A stretch of 56,750 nucleotides of DNA from Gammaproteobacteria bacterium (GTDB taxonomy: Bacteria; Pseudomonadota; Gammaproteobacteria; GCF-002020875): the NCBI GenBank assembly GCA_018648825.1, contig JABGQL010000034.1:1-56750 (forward strand). The letters are read 5' to 3'. A program made the position numbers and the translations under genes. Positions 15,837 through 25,808 of the stretch are shown here, one piece after another; the first letter of the stretch is position 1; each line of letters begins with the position of its first letter. Below the pieces are notes generated by a model. That model was not told the origin of the DNA. It was given only the letters and a program-made list of their open reading frames with translations, and made no database searches.

Positions 15837-17588
15837 GTGTTTTTTCAAAATCTCTACGATAAGATCCGCTCATCTTCATTTTATGAGATCAAAGCCTTGA
15901 CCCTCTATACCCGTCTTACCCTCTCTCTTGGCACTCTTCTAATCTTGCTAGCGACATCAGCCTCACTCGCCGCCCCTCGCATCACACTGAATCAACTACA
16001 GCTGCACAACGAGCCTCCAGCAACCCTACCTACACTCTCCGGCAAACATTACGCCACCTTTGCGCTAGAGTTTGAGCAACAAGTACCGCTCCCCAACCTA
16101 TTCACCCTCAACGACGGCCAAAAGCTGATTCTTGACCTCCCTGAAACAGACAATAGGGCAGCACCCCCTTCACTGAAACAGGGGGGGATCATAGAGAATC
16201 TCACCATTGCCAACAACCACCACGCCACACGAATCCTATTTGATCTGCTACGCCCCCTCTCATATCAACTACACCAGAGTGAGAACACCCTTTATCTCAC
16301 ACTGTTTGAACCCAGAACAGCAAGCCAAACAGCCTCCCCAAAAATTACACGGATCAACCTCTCACTGGAGCAAGAGCCCCTTTCCAGTGCACTACAAAAG
16401 ATCGCACAAGATGCGGGACAAAACCTGATCCTCAACGGCGAGATTACAGGCACCACCTCCATCCAGTTACAGCAGGTCCACTGGAGAGCAGCCTTTGAAC
16501 TGCTGATTCAACAGCACCAGCTACAGCTGGAGGAGAGAGATGGCGTTCTTCTGGTCAGCCCACCCATACCAGAACCTTCTACCCCCGCAACAACAGCGAT
16601 ACCTGCTCTACCTGCCTCCCTGAAGACCGAACTGATCCCTCTCCACTACGCCGATGCTGCCGACCTGAAACAGACACTGGAGAGTAACCAGAAAAACCCA
16701 CTACTCTCCGAGCATGGGGTACTGGGGATTGACGAACGCACCAACACCCTATTGATTCAGGATGAGGCGGAACGAATGGAGCAGATCCGCACCCTGATTA
16801 AGCAGCTTGATACCCCCTCCAAACAGGTGCTAATCGAGTCTCGCATTGTAATCGCCGCCAACGACTTTAGTAGCGAATTGGGCGCACGTCTCGGTGTCTC
16901 TCATCTGGAAGCGACTCAACAGCAGTGGGGATTCTCCCTCTCCGGCAGCAGTGAAGCCGCCAATAGCGCACTCTCCGGCACTACCCCCGTACTAGACCAG
17001 CGGCTCTCCGTTAACCTCCCCGTTGCCGCTGCTGCGGGACGGGTTGGTTTAACACTGGCAAAACTCTCCACAGGGAGCCTCATCGATCTCGAACTCTCTG
17101 CCGCACAGCTGGAGGGGAAGACCGAAATTGTCGCCACCCCGCGCATCATCACCTCTAACGGCTACGAGGCATCCATTCAGCAGGGTGTACAGATCCCCTA
17201 TCGCTCCGACACCCTGAGCGGCGGCACCGATGTAAGCTTCAAAGATGCGGTGATGGAACTGAAGGTGACCCCGCAAATCACCCCAGATCACCAAATTATC
17301 CTCACCTTACAGGTAAAAAAGGATGCCGTAGGCGGTATTCTCTGCAACAATTGCGAACCAAGCGTAGATACCCGCGAAGTGAAGACTCGGGTTATGATAG
17401 GCGATGGAGAGACGCTGGTGATCGGCGGCATCTATGAGGAGCGCAAAACCGGTGCTGAAAATCGGATTCCTCTGCTGGCTGATCTACCCATTATCGGTCC
17501 CCTGTTCAAAAACAGGCGTGAGACCGATGGGCAGGGGGAGTTACTGATCTTTATTACACCCTCGATTCTCCAACCACCAACGGGATAA
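15837..17588 (+). CDS. pilQ: Type IV pilus secretin PilQ (short form, single AMIN domain)
   Basis: Secretin C-terminal domain (TPRIITSNGYEASIQQG..., GETLVIGGIY, IPLLADLPIIGPLFK, ELLIFITP). pilQ-aroK-aroB synteny. Start codon uncertain (GTG at 15837 or an internal TTG). Confidence 0.85.
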   Translation: MFFQNLYDKIRSSSFYEIKALTLYTRLTLSLGTLLILLATSASLAAPRITLNQLQLHNEPPATLPTLSGKHYATFALEFEQQVPLPNLFTLNDGQKLILDLPETDNRAAPPSLKQGGIIENLTIANNHHATRILFDLLRPLSYQLHQSENTLYLTLFEPRTASQTASPKITRINLSLEQEPLSSALQKIAQDAGQNLILNGEITGTTSIQLQQVHWRAAFELLIQQHQLQLEERDGVLLVSPPIPEPSTPATTAIPALPASLKTELIPLHYADAADLKQTLESNQKNPLLSEHGVLGIDERTNTLLIQDEAERMEQIRTLIKQLDTPSKQVLIESRIVIAANDFSSELGARLGVSHLEATQQQWGFSLSGSSEAANSALSGTTPVLDQRLSVNLPVAAAAGRVGLTLAKLSTGSLIDLELSAAQLEGKTEIVATPRIITSNGYEASIQQGVQIPYRSDTLSGGTDVSFKDAVMELKVTPQITPDHQIILTLQVKKDAVGGILCNNCEPSVDTREVKTRVMIGDGETLVIGGIYEERKTGAENRIPLLADLPIIGPLFKNRRETDGQGELLIFITPSILQPPTG

Positions 17589-17606
17589 ACAAGGCAGTGA
17601 ACTGAA

Positions 17607-18131
17607 TTGAGCAGAATTAGACAGAACATCTTTCTAGTGGGGCTGATGGGAGCAGGAAAATCAACCATCGGTAAACGGCTGGCCGAGAGCTTGGGAAAAG
17701 AGTTTCTCGACAGCGATCATGAGATTGAGGCACGTACGGGGGTATCCATCCCTACCATCTTTGATATTGAGGGGGAGTCTGGCTTTCGCAACCGCGAGAG
17801 CAATGTCATCGATGAGCTGAGTCAAAGCAAGGACATCGTCTTGGCAACCGGAGGCGGCGCGATACTACGCCCCGAAAACCGCTCTCACCTTGCCGCACGA
17901 GGGTTGGTGATCTACCTCTGCGCCACCGCAGAGCAGCTTCACAAGCGCACCCGCCATGACCGTAACCGCCCCCTGCTACAGAATAAAGACCCTCTCAGTA
18001 CGCTACAGGCACTACTGGACGAACGTGATCCACTCTACCGTGAGGTCGCCGATCTGGTGGTAGAGACCGATGACCGCTCTGTACAGCAGGCGATCCCTGA
18101 GCTGATTGAGAAGATAGAGAAACTGGCATGA
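17607..18131 (+). CDS. aroK: Shikimate kinase
   Basis: [16 protein letters not shown] Walker A, DSD, GGG. Confidence 0.95.
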   Translation: MSRIRQNIFLVGLMGAGKSTIGKRLAESLGKEFLDSDHEIEARTGVSIPTIFDIEGESGFRNRESNVIDELSQSKDIVLATGGGAILRPENRSHLAARGLVIYLCATAEQLHKRTRHDRNRPLLQNKDPLSTLQALLDERDPLYREVADLVVETDDRSVQQAIPELIEKIEKLA

Positions 18132-19225
18132 GCACAGAGAGACCACATACCCTGAATGTTGATCTGGGTGAGCGCAGCTACCCCATCCATATTGGCAGCA
18201 ACCTGTTGGGTGACCCACAGTGGGTGAGCGAGCATGTACACGGCACCCAAGTGATGATTGTCACCAACGAGACCATCGCCCCACTCTACCTAGAGCAGAC
18301 CCGTAAGGCATTTGAGGGGTTTCAGGTAGAGACCGTAATCCTTCCCGATGGCGAACAGTACAAAAATCTAGAGGTATGGAACCAAATCTTTGATGCCCTG
18401 CTCTCCAAACGCTTTGATCGCAAATGCACACTGGTTGCACTCGGCGGCGGGGTCATTGGCGACATCACCGGCTATGCCGCAGCCAGCTATCAGCGCGGGG
18501 TCCACTTTATCCAGATCCCCACCACACTACTGGCACAAGTCGACTCCTCTGTTGGGGGCAAGACTGGGGTCAACCACCCGCTTGGCAAGAACATGATTGG
18601 TGCCTTCCACCAGCCACAGTGTGTATTGGCCGATACCAGCACCCTGAATACACTGGATGACCGACAGCTGAGCGCCGGAATTGCCGAGGTGGTGAAATAT
18701 GGACTGATCCGCGACCCCGATTTTTTCAGCTGGCTGGAGCAGAATATGGCGCAGCTAATCGAGCGTGATCCCACGGCTCTTGCCTACGCCGTCCAGCGCT
18801 CTTGTGAAAATAAGGCTGAGGTGGTTGCTGCCGATGAGCTAGAAGCGGGACAACGCGCCCTACTCAACTCCGGCCACACCTTCGGTCATGCGATTGAGGC
18901 AGGCATGGGTTACGGGGCTTGGCTACATGGTGAGGCCGTGGCTGCTGGGATGATGATGGCCTCTGACCTCTCGATGCGTGAGGGGTGGATAGAGGCGAGC
19001 GATGTAGAGCGGCTACAAAAACTGCTACAACAGGCAAATCTCCCTGTGGCGGGTCCACCCGATCTCTCTGCAGAGCGCTACCTCGATATTATGTCGGTCG
19101 ATAAGAAGGCAGAGGCCGGGCAGATCCGTTTTGTACTGCAGAAGGCGATTGGCGATGCCATCGTCACCGACCAGTTCTCACCGCAGAAGCTACAAGAGAC
19201 ACTCTCTCACTGCCGCCAACCCTAA
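18128..19225 (+). CDS. aroB: 3-dehydroquinate synthase
   Basis: [30 protein letters not shown] and GHTFGHAIE. Overlaps the aroK stop. Confidence 0.95.
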   Translation: MSTERPHTLNVDLGERSYPIHIGSNLLGDPQWVSEHVHGTQVMIVTNETIAPLYLEQTRKAFEGFQVETVILPDGEQYKNLEVWNQIFDALLSKRFDRKCTLVALGGGVIGDITGYAAASYQRGVHFIQIPTTLLAQVDSSVGGKTGVNHPLGKNMIGAFHQPQCVLADTSTLNTLDDRQLSAGIAEVVKYGLIRDPDFFSWLEQNMAQLIERDPTALAYAVQRSCENKAEVVAADELEAGQRALLNSGHTFGHAIEAGMGYGAWLHGEAVAAGMMMASDLSMREGWIEASDVERLQKLLQQANLPVAGPPDLSAERYLDIMSVDKKAEAGQIRFVLQKAIGDAIVTDQFSPQKLQETLSHCRQP

Positions 19226-19237
19226 TCCAGACCCACC

Positions 19238-20389
19238 ATGGCCGATCCCTGTAACCTGATCCACTACGCTGCGCACGACAGCTCTACCCGGGGGCGCATC
19301 CATAATGAAGCATCCCCCCGTTACCGTAGCGCCTTCCAGCGCGACCGTGATCGCATCGTCCACTCTACCGCCTTTCGTCGACTAGAGTACAAGACCCAGG
19401 TCTTCGTCAACCACGAGGGCGACCTCTACCGCACCCGCCTTACCCATAGCGTAGAGGTGGCACAGATCAGCCGCTCCATCGCTCGCACCCTGCGCCTGAA
19501 TGAGGATCTAACCGAGGCTATTGCACTGGCACATGACCTCGGCCACACCCCATTCGGCCATGCAGGACAAGATGCACTCAACCACTGTATGCAACCCTAC
19601 GGCGGCTTTGAGCACAACTTCCAGTCACTACGGGTGGTGGACCATCTAGAGGAGAAGTACGCCCAGTTTGCTGGACTCAATCTTACCTTTGAATCACGCG
19701 AAGGGATCCTTAAGCACTGTAGCCTCGCCAATGCCAAAACCGTCGGGGCCGTGGGCGAACGCTTCCTCAACAAGGGACAGCCCAGCCTAGAGGCACAGTT
19801 AGTCAACCTCGCCGATCAGATCGCCTACAACAACCATGATGTGGATGATGGGCTGCGCGCAGGGCTGATCAACATAGAGCAGCTACAAGAGATCCAACTG
19901 TTTGAGGAGCAGTATGCCGTGGTACGCTCACAGTATCCCAAACTGAGTCAGCGCCGTACCATCCATGAGGTGGTACGGCGCATGATCAACCGACTGGTGA
20001 TCGATCTGGTAGAGACCAGCACCCAGCTCATCACTACAGCCAATCCAGCTGATATAGAGGCGGTTCGCCAGCAACCACAGCCACTAATTCAATTTAGTGA
20101 GAAGCAGCATGAACTCAACCAAAAACTGAAACAGTTCCTGCGTGAAAAACTCTACCGCCACTACCGAGTAATGCGCATGAGCCGCAAGGCCGAGCAGATC
20201 ATCACTCAACTGTTTAACGCCTTTATGGAGGAGCCTCGCATCCTTCCTGATGAACAGTATGAACTGCTGATGGCACAGCGCGAGCCAGAACGTCCTCGAA
20301 TCATCGCCGACTATATCGCCGGGATGACCGACCGCTATGCGCTCTCTGAGCATCAGAAGATCTTTAGCCCCCCCACCCCTACGGTGTAG
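19238..20389 (+). CDS. dGTPase-like HD-domain triphosphohydrolase
   Basis: [40 protein letters not shown] and [11 protein letters not shown]. Confidence 0.85.
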   Translation: MADPCNLIHYAAHDSSTRGRIHNEASPRYRSAFQRDRDRIVHSTAFRRLEYKTQVFVNHEGDLYRTRLTHSVEVAQISRSIARTLRLNEDLTEAIALAHDLGHTPFGHAGQDALNHCMQPYGGFEHNFQSLRVVDHLEEKYAQFAGLNLTFESREGILKHCSLANAKTVGAVGERFLNKGQPSLEAQLVNLADQIAYNNHDVDDGLRAGLINIEQLQEIQLFEEQYAVVRSQYPKLSQRRTIHEVVRRMINRLVIDLVETSTQLITTANPADIEAVRQQPQPLIQFSEKQHELNQKLKQFLREKLYRHYRVMRMSRKAEQIITQLFNAFMEEPRILPDEQYELLMAQREPERPRIIADYIAGMTDRYALSEHQKIFSPPTPTV

Positions 20390-20399
20390 GCTGCCCTGT

Positions 20400-21287
20400 A
20401 TGTCGCCTCCACCATTCGAGCGCATTCTCCAACAGCTGGCTACCCACCTTAGTCGCCCTATTCAATACCAGAGCCAGCAGAGGCTCTATGGTGGTGATAT
20501 CAACCAGAGTTTCCTGCTCAAGACAGCAAGCAATGAACGCCTCTTTATCAAGCTCAACAAAACCAGTCGTCTCTCCATGTTTGAGGCAGAGGCAGCCGCA
20601 CTACAGGAGATGGCTCACTCCAACACCATTCGTGTACCTACCCCACTGTTAGCGAATAGTGAGGGCAGCTATGCCTTTCTTGTGATGGAGTATATTGAGA
20701 TGGGTGGCTCCACACAAAAATCTGAGGAGACACTCGGTCAACAGCTGGCCGCCATGCACCAAGTCACTCGCCCCCACTTTGGATGGAACCGTGACAACAC
20801 CATCGGCTCTACCCCACAACTCAATACCGAAAGCAGTGACTGGACTAAATTTTGGCGTGATCAGCGGCTGGCACCACAGCTACGTTGGGCCAGCAGCAAA
20901 GGGGCTAGCAGCACTCTCCTCAACCAAGGGGAAGAGCTACTCAATGCACTGGATACACTACTGGCAGACCATACCCCCACCCCCTCACTACTCCACGGCG
21001 ACCTTTGGGGGGGCAACTGGTCTACCACCCAAAGCGGTGAACCAATCCTCTATGACCCCGCCCTCTACTATGGGGACCGTGAAACCGATCTCGCAATGAC
21101 GGAGCTATTTGGTGGTTTTTCACAAAACTTCTATGATGCCTACAATGAGACGTGGCCTCTGAATGAGGGCTACAAGTGGCGCAAGCAACTCTACAACCTC
21201 TATCACATCCTCAACCATTTCAATCTGTTTGGCGGCGGATATGGTCGACAGGCAACGCAGATGATCACCTCTCTACTGCATCGATAA
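20400..21287 (+). CDS. Fructosamine/ketosamine kinase family protein
   Basis: GGDIN.SF, F.KLN..., FEAEA..L, LLHGDLWGGN and DPA.YYGDRE.DLAM. Start trimmed to the ATG at 20400, after the upstream stop. Confidence 0.8.
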   Translation: MSPPPFERILQQLATHLSRPIQYQSQQRLYGGDINQSFLLKTASNERLFIKLNKTSRLSMFEAEAAALQEMAHSNTIRVPTPLLANSEGSYAFLVMEYIEMGGSTQKSEETLGQQLAAMHQVTRPHFGWNRDNTIGSTPQLNTESSDWTKFWRDQRLAPQLRWASSKGASSTLLNQGEELLNALDTLLADHTPTPSLLHGDLWGGNWSTTQSGEPILYDPALYYGDRETDLAMTELFGGFSQNFYDAYNETWPLNEGYKWRKQLYNLYHILNHFNLFGGGYGRQATQMITSLLHR

Positions 21288-21495
21288 TCCCCTTTGCACA
21301 CTGTTGCTGTTAATTTCTTATCCGGTCATTCAAAACCTCAACTGGTAATCAACCGCTTATTACTCCGATAATCACGTCACTCTTGTTGTGGTTATGGTCT
21401 TGCCTATTGAGCCACCTCAAGAATTTATCGATCAATGATGAACCAGAAGACGCAGCAACCACTGCTTGCCAGATCTGGTTCCAGAATGGACATAG

Positions 21496-22143
<648 letters not shown>

Positions 22144-22177
22144 GAGACGCCGTAAGGTTTAACCAACCTCACACAAA

Positions 22178-22210
22178 GGCCGGGCCGCTTTCAGCAGCCC
22201 GGCCTTTTTT
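22178..22210 (+). terminator. Rho-independent terminator of adk
   Basis: GGCCGGGC-loop-GCCCGGCC followed by TTTTTT. Confidence 0.8.
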
Positions 22211-22398
22211 ATGCCCACAAGAGCATGCGAAAAATAATTTTATAACGCATAGAAAAACAGTGTTTTATTATTCAACAAATCTCTTGTAGAATGCTTTCCA
22301 GTTGCTGAGGGAGGAGACCACAACAGGTAGCCCGAAGCCCAAGTTTGAAATAATAGATTTTCTAACCGAAACAAAATTACACTTTTAAGGATTCAATC

Positions 22399-22728
22399 AT
22401 GAAAAAAATTATCGCTACTATCGCTCTTGTCGCTTTCGCTTCTAGTGCTTCTGCTTTCTTCGGTGGTTCAGACAACAACCAGTCTGGTTACGGTACTGGT
22501 GCTGCTGACGGCGCTATGGATGGAAAGGGCCGCGGCGCTGCTAAGGGCAAGGGCGACGCAGAGGGTAACTTCAGCATGACGGTAAACGCTTCTGGTAAGG
22601 GCTCTTCTGACATGCAGGCTGATATGGACGCTGCTAACAACACCCGTATGAACGGCACTTCTGACCTGCGCACTGAGAACAGCCCAGCTCATTACCCAAT
22701 GGCTCCAATGGCACCTGCTGCTCAATAA
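22399..22728 (+). CDS. Small secreted Gly/Ala/Asp/Asn-rich low-complexity protein, paralog A
   Basis: Sec signal MKKIIATIALVAFASSASA, AAGGA SD, own terminator, high-expression-type codon usage. No homolog recognised with certainty. Confidence 0.7.
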   Translation: MKKIIATIALVAFASSASAFFGGSDNNQSGYGTGAADGAMDGKGRGAAKGKGDAEGNFSMTVNASGKGSSDMQADMDAANNTRMNGTSDLRTENSPAHYPMAPMAPAAQ

Positions 22729-22771
22729 GCACTCTGGTTTAGCCAAAAGAGAGATTGCTCTCTGATGAAAA

Positions 22772-22801
22772 GCCTCGGTATCTTTCGGTATCGGGGCTTT
22801 T
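22772..22801 (+). terminator. Probable intrinsic terminator after paralog A
   Basis: GCCTCGGTATC-TTTC-GGTATCGGGGC (with G-U pairs) followed by TTTT. Confidence 0.5.
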
Positions 22802-22999
22802 CAATGTCTGAACAGAACCAAATCAAGATAAGAATATATTTATAGCCAATAGAAATAAAGAATTTCAATATTCAACAACTTTCTTATATAATGCTTTTCA
22901 GTTGCTGAGGGAGGAGACCACAAATAGGTAGCCCTAAGCCCCAGTTTAAAATAATAGATTTTCTAACCGAAACAAAATTACACTTTTAAGGATTCAATC

Positions 23000-23329
23000 A
23001 TGAAAAAAATTATCGCTACTATCGCTCTTGTCGCTTTCGCTTCTAGTGCTTCTGCTTTCTTCGGTGGTTCAGACAACAACCAGTCTGGTTACGGTACTGG
23101 TGCTGCTGACGGCGCTATGGACGGAAAGGGTCGCGGCGCTGCTAAGGGCAAGGGTAATGCAGAGGGTGACTTCAGCATGACTATCAACGCTTCTGGTAAG
23201 GGTTCTTCTGACATGCAGGCCGATATGGACGCTGCTAACAACACTCGCATGACTGGCAACTCTGATCTGCGCACTGAGAACCGCCCTGGGTACTACCCAA
23301 TGGCTCCTGCTGCTCCAGTAGCTCGGTAA
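23000..23329 (+). CDS. Small secreted Gly/Ala/Asp/Asn-rich low-complexity protein, paralog B
   Basis: Residues 1-52 are identical to paralog A and the C-terminal half is diverged (GNAEGD vs GDAEGN; the C-terminal tail also differs). Confidence 0.7.
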   Translation: MKKIIATIALVAFASSASAFFGGSDNNQSGYGTGAADGAMDGKGRGAAKGKGNAEGDFSMTINASGKGSSDMQADMDAANNTRMTGNSDLRTENRPGYYPMAPAAPVAR

Positions 23330-23343
23330 GAGAACACGCTTAC

Positions 23344-23383
23344 AAAAAAAGCCCCGCACTCTTTTGAGTGCGGGGCTTTTTTA
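23344..23383. terminator. Bidirectional intrinsic terminator between paralog B (+) and hemE (-)
   Basis: AAAAAAA-GCCCCGCACT-CTTTTG-AGTGCGGGGC-TTTTTT. Confidence 0.85.
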
Positions 23384-23394
23384 TGTACTACAAC

Positions 23395-24462
23395 TTAATC
23401 TTGGTGATATTGACCACTCAACTCATGCACCGCCTCGACAAAGACACCCGCATTCTCTGGGTCAACAAACTGGTGAATACCATGCCCCAGATTAAAGATA
23501 TGGCCTGAACCAGTGCCATAACGCTGCAGAATGGTCGCCACCTCTTGGCGAATCCGCTCTGGCGTACCATAGAGTACCGCAGGGTCCATATTGCCTTGTA
23601 GCGCAACACGATCCCCAACACGGGCACGTGCATCACCAATATCTACCGTCCAGTCCAGCCCCAGCGCATCACAACCGGTATCGGCCATCGACTCCAGCCA
23701 GAGGCCACCACCCTTGGTAAAGAGGATCACAGGGACCTTACGCCCATCATTTTCACGGGTGAGGCCATCCACAATCTGCTGCATATAGTGCAGTGAGAAC
23801 TCTTTGTAGGCCTCATGAGAGAGCGCTCCACCCCAGCTATCAAATACCATCACCGCCTGTGCACCTGCAGCAATCTGTGCATTGAGATAGGAGGTGACGG
23901 ATCGCGCTGTGATATCCAGAATTTTATGCAGCGAAGCGGGGTCTGAATACATCATCCCCTTGGTGATAGCGTACTCCTTGCTCGATTTACCTTCGACCAT
24001 GTAGGTTGCAAGGGTCCATGGGCTACCCGCAAAACCGATCAGCGGTACCCGGCCATTCAGCTCACGACGAATGGTGCGTACTGCATCCATCACATACTTC
24101 AGCTCACCCTCTGGATCAGGGACAAACAATTTTTCAATATCTGCAGGGGTACGCAGTGGGCGCTCAAAGTTAGGCCCTTCACCCTCGGCAAAGTAGAGTC
24201 CCAACCCCATCGCATCCGGTACCGTCAAGATATCAGAAAAGAGGATCGCCGCATCCAGCGGGAAACGCTCCAGTGGCTGAATAGTCACCTCACACGCCAA
24301 TTCAGGATTCTTACAGAGATCCATAAAGCTACCGGCTTGGGCGCGGGTTGCCTTGTACTCAGGCAAGTAACGCCCCGCCTGCCGCATCATCCACACCGGG
24401 GTTACATCTACCGGCTCGTTCATCAGGGCGCGTAAAAAGCGATCATTCTTCAGTGCTGACAT
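23395..24462 (-). CDS. hemE: Uroporphyrinogen decarboxylase
   Basis: [25 protein letters not shown] and FNLGHGI. Confidence 0.97.
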   Translation of the reverse strand: MSALKNDRFLRALMNEPVDVTPVWMMRQAGRYLPEYKATRAQAGSFMDLCKNPELACEVTIQPLERFPLDAAILFSDILTVPDAMGLGLYFAEGEGPNFERPLRTPADIEKLFVPDPEGELKYVMDAVRTIRRELNGRVPLIGFAGSPWTLATYMVEGKSSKEYAITKGMMYSDPASLHKILDITARSVTSYLNAQIAAGAQAVMVFDSWGGALSHEAYKEFSLHYMQQIVDGLTRENDGRKVPVILFTKGGGLWLESMADTGCDALGLDWTVDIGDARARVGDRVALQGNMDPAVLYGTPERIRQEVATILQRYGTGSGHIFNLGHGIHQFVDPENAGVFVEAVHELSGQYHQD

Positions 24463-24544
24463 GGTTCCTCCAAGATAGTTTCTGTCCTTGTTTTATGAAA
24501 AGTGGCTCAAAATAGATGGCCTCTTCCCCTTTGAGCGGGAAGAT

Positions 24545-24598
24545 GGGGAGGGTTAGGTGCCTACTTTAGGCACCTAACCCCCTCCCTAACCCTCCCCC
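24545..24598. repeat. Strong hairpin (13-bp perfect stem GGGTTAGGTGCCT/AGGCACCTAACCC) adjoining a C-tract block that reads GGGGGAGGGTTAGGGAGGGGG on the minus strand
   Basis: Read directly. It is flanked by two smaller hairpins (CTTCCC/GGGAAG and CCCTCC/GGAGGG). Confidence 0.7.
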
Positions 24599-24662
24599 TG
24601 ATAGGAGGAGGGAACTCAAAGCCATAAAATTAGAGCTGCCTCTCATTATATGGACGGGGATT

Positions 24663-25457
24663 TTACTCTACTTTGATAGCTGAGGGGTGGCGTAGACGCA
24701 GCCGATATCCACGTTTTCGTGGCACCAGCCACCCTTGCAGGGTAATCACCTTCCCCTGTAGCGCCTCAAGATCCAATTGCCCCTCAAAATAGGGTAGATC
24801 AGAGTGCTTAATCTGTGCAGAAACATCCTGCTCCATATCAAGCCAGAGCCACTCGTTACTCCAATCAACTCGCTTGACCCGCCCTCTGATACGTTGAAAA
24901 CCACCATGGTGAATTTGGCCCAATGGTTGTGGTTGATAGGCTGAATGACCCCAAACCCCATGCCCTGCTTCACGCGCCTGCTGTTGCGCTCCCACATAGC
25001 AATCACTATTCCAGAGGTTGGGGGGGACTACAATGGCAAACGCCAACCCCTCTTCGATCAGAGTTGCGGCAATATCCTCTCCCTGTGGAGTAAAGCCGTA
25101 GGCCAGCACCCTTCCATAGCGATCACGCTGCTCTGTTGCCCCCTTCAGTACTATTTTCGGTGGAACGCCCAATAACGCCCTCAGGCGCTGCGTGGCCCGC
25201 TTCGCCAGTGGCTCTGCAGGACGCTGACCACGCCCCACCTCCGGCGTATTGAACCCTACCAACCGCACCTTCTCGCCACCCACGGTATGTACCGTATCAC
25301 CATCATAAATTTTTTCAATCGAGTGTGGCTGCAACTGTCCCTGCTCTGGCACAAGACAAACTGCATTGAGCGCACCTGAGAAGAGCAGCACATAAAAAAA
25401 GGCACCTCGAAGAGATGCCTTTTTGAGCGGTTGCCTCAACAGTTGAGACAGACGCAA
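24663..25457 (-). CDS. Secreted thermonuclease (SNase-like) family protein with a C-terminal extension
   Basis: Signal peptide. IYDGDTVHTV..EKVRLVGFNTPE and RDRYGRVLAY are typical of the staphylococcal nuclease fold. Confidence 0.8.
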   Translation of the reverse strand: MRLSQLLRQPLKKASLRGAFFYVLLFSGALNAVCLVPEQGQLQPHSIEKIYDGDTVHTVGGEKVRLVGFNTPEVGRGQRPAEPLAKRATQRLRALLGVPPKIVLKGATEQRDRYGRVLAYGFTPQGEDIAATLIEEGLAFAIVVPPNLWNSDCYVGAQQQAREAGHGVWGHSAYQPQPLGQIHHGGFQRIRGRVKRVDWSNEWLWLDMEQDVSAQIKHSDLPYFEGQLDLEALQGKVITLQGWLVPRKRGYRLRLRHPSAIKVE

Positions 25458-25459
25458 GA

Positions 25460-25666
25460 TTACATGCTTCCGTATTTCTGACGGAACTTATCTACACGAC
25501 CCGCTGTATCCACAATTTTCTGCTTACCTGTGAAGAAGGGGTGACAACGAGAGCAAACGTCAAGATGTAGGCTGTCGTCAGACATGGTGGAGTTGGTCTT
25601 GAACTCGAAGCCGCAGCTGCAGGTTACATTGACTTCAGTGTACTCAGGATGAATTCCGCTTTTCAT
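25460..25666 (-). CDS. rpmE: 50S ribosomal protein L31
   Basis: MKSGIHPEY..., C..C...C..CHPF.TGKQ. Confidence 0.97.
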   Translation of the reverse strand: MKSGIHPEYTEVNVTCSCGFEFKTNSTMSDDSLHLDVCSRCHPFFTGKQKIVDTAGRVDKFRQKYGSM

Positions 25667-25808
25667 AACGCTTTCTCGATTTAATCTTAATGAATCTTTA
25701 AAAATTTCTTATGCTTGACCACAAGGGTCAAAATCAGGACGCGCAATTATACTCAAAATCACGCAGCCTGCAACCTTTTATCCCATAATAATCAGCAACA
25801 GCCCCTCT

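Larger units (their letters stand above)
22231..23329. repeat. Tandem duplication (~500-bp units starting at ~22231 and ~22831), each unit = promoter + ~110-nt leader + 109-codon gene
   Basis: The two units align by eye from upstream of the -10 box through the CDS with a 600/601-bp offset. Leader and first 52 codons are nearly identical. The 3' flanks are unrelated. Confidence 0.9.

Noticed and set aside
22468-23359. Antisense and alternative-frame ORFs of 61-96 aa overlapping the two small secreted-protein genes (22468-22746, 22488-22673, 23069-23359, 23089-23274).
   Set aside because: They are mirror images of low-complexity GCT/GGT-rich coding sequence. They lack SD sequences and signal features, whereas the plus-strand genes have an SD, a signal peptide, a promoter and a terminator.
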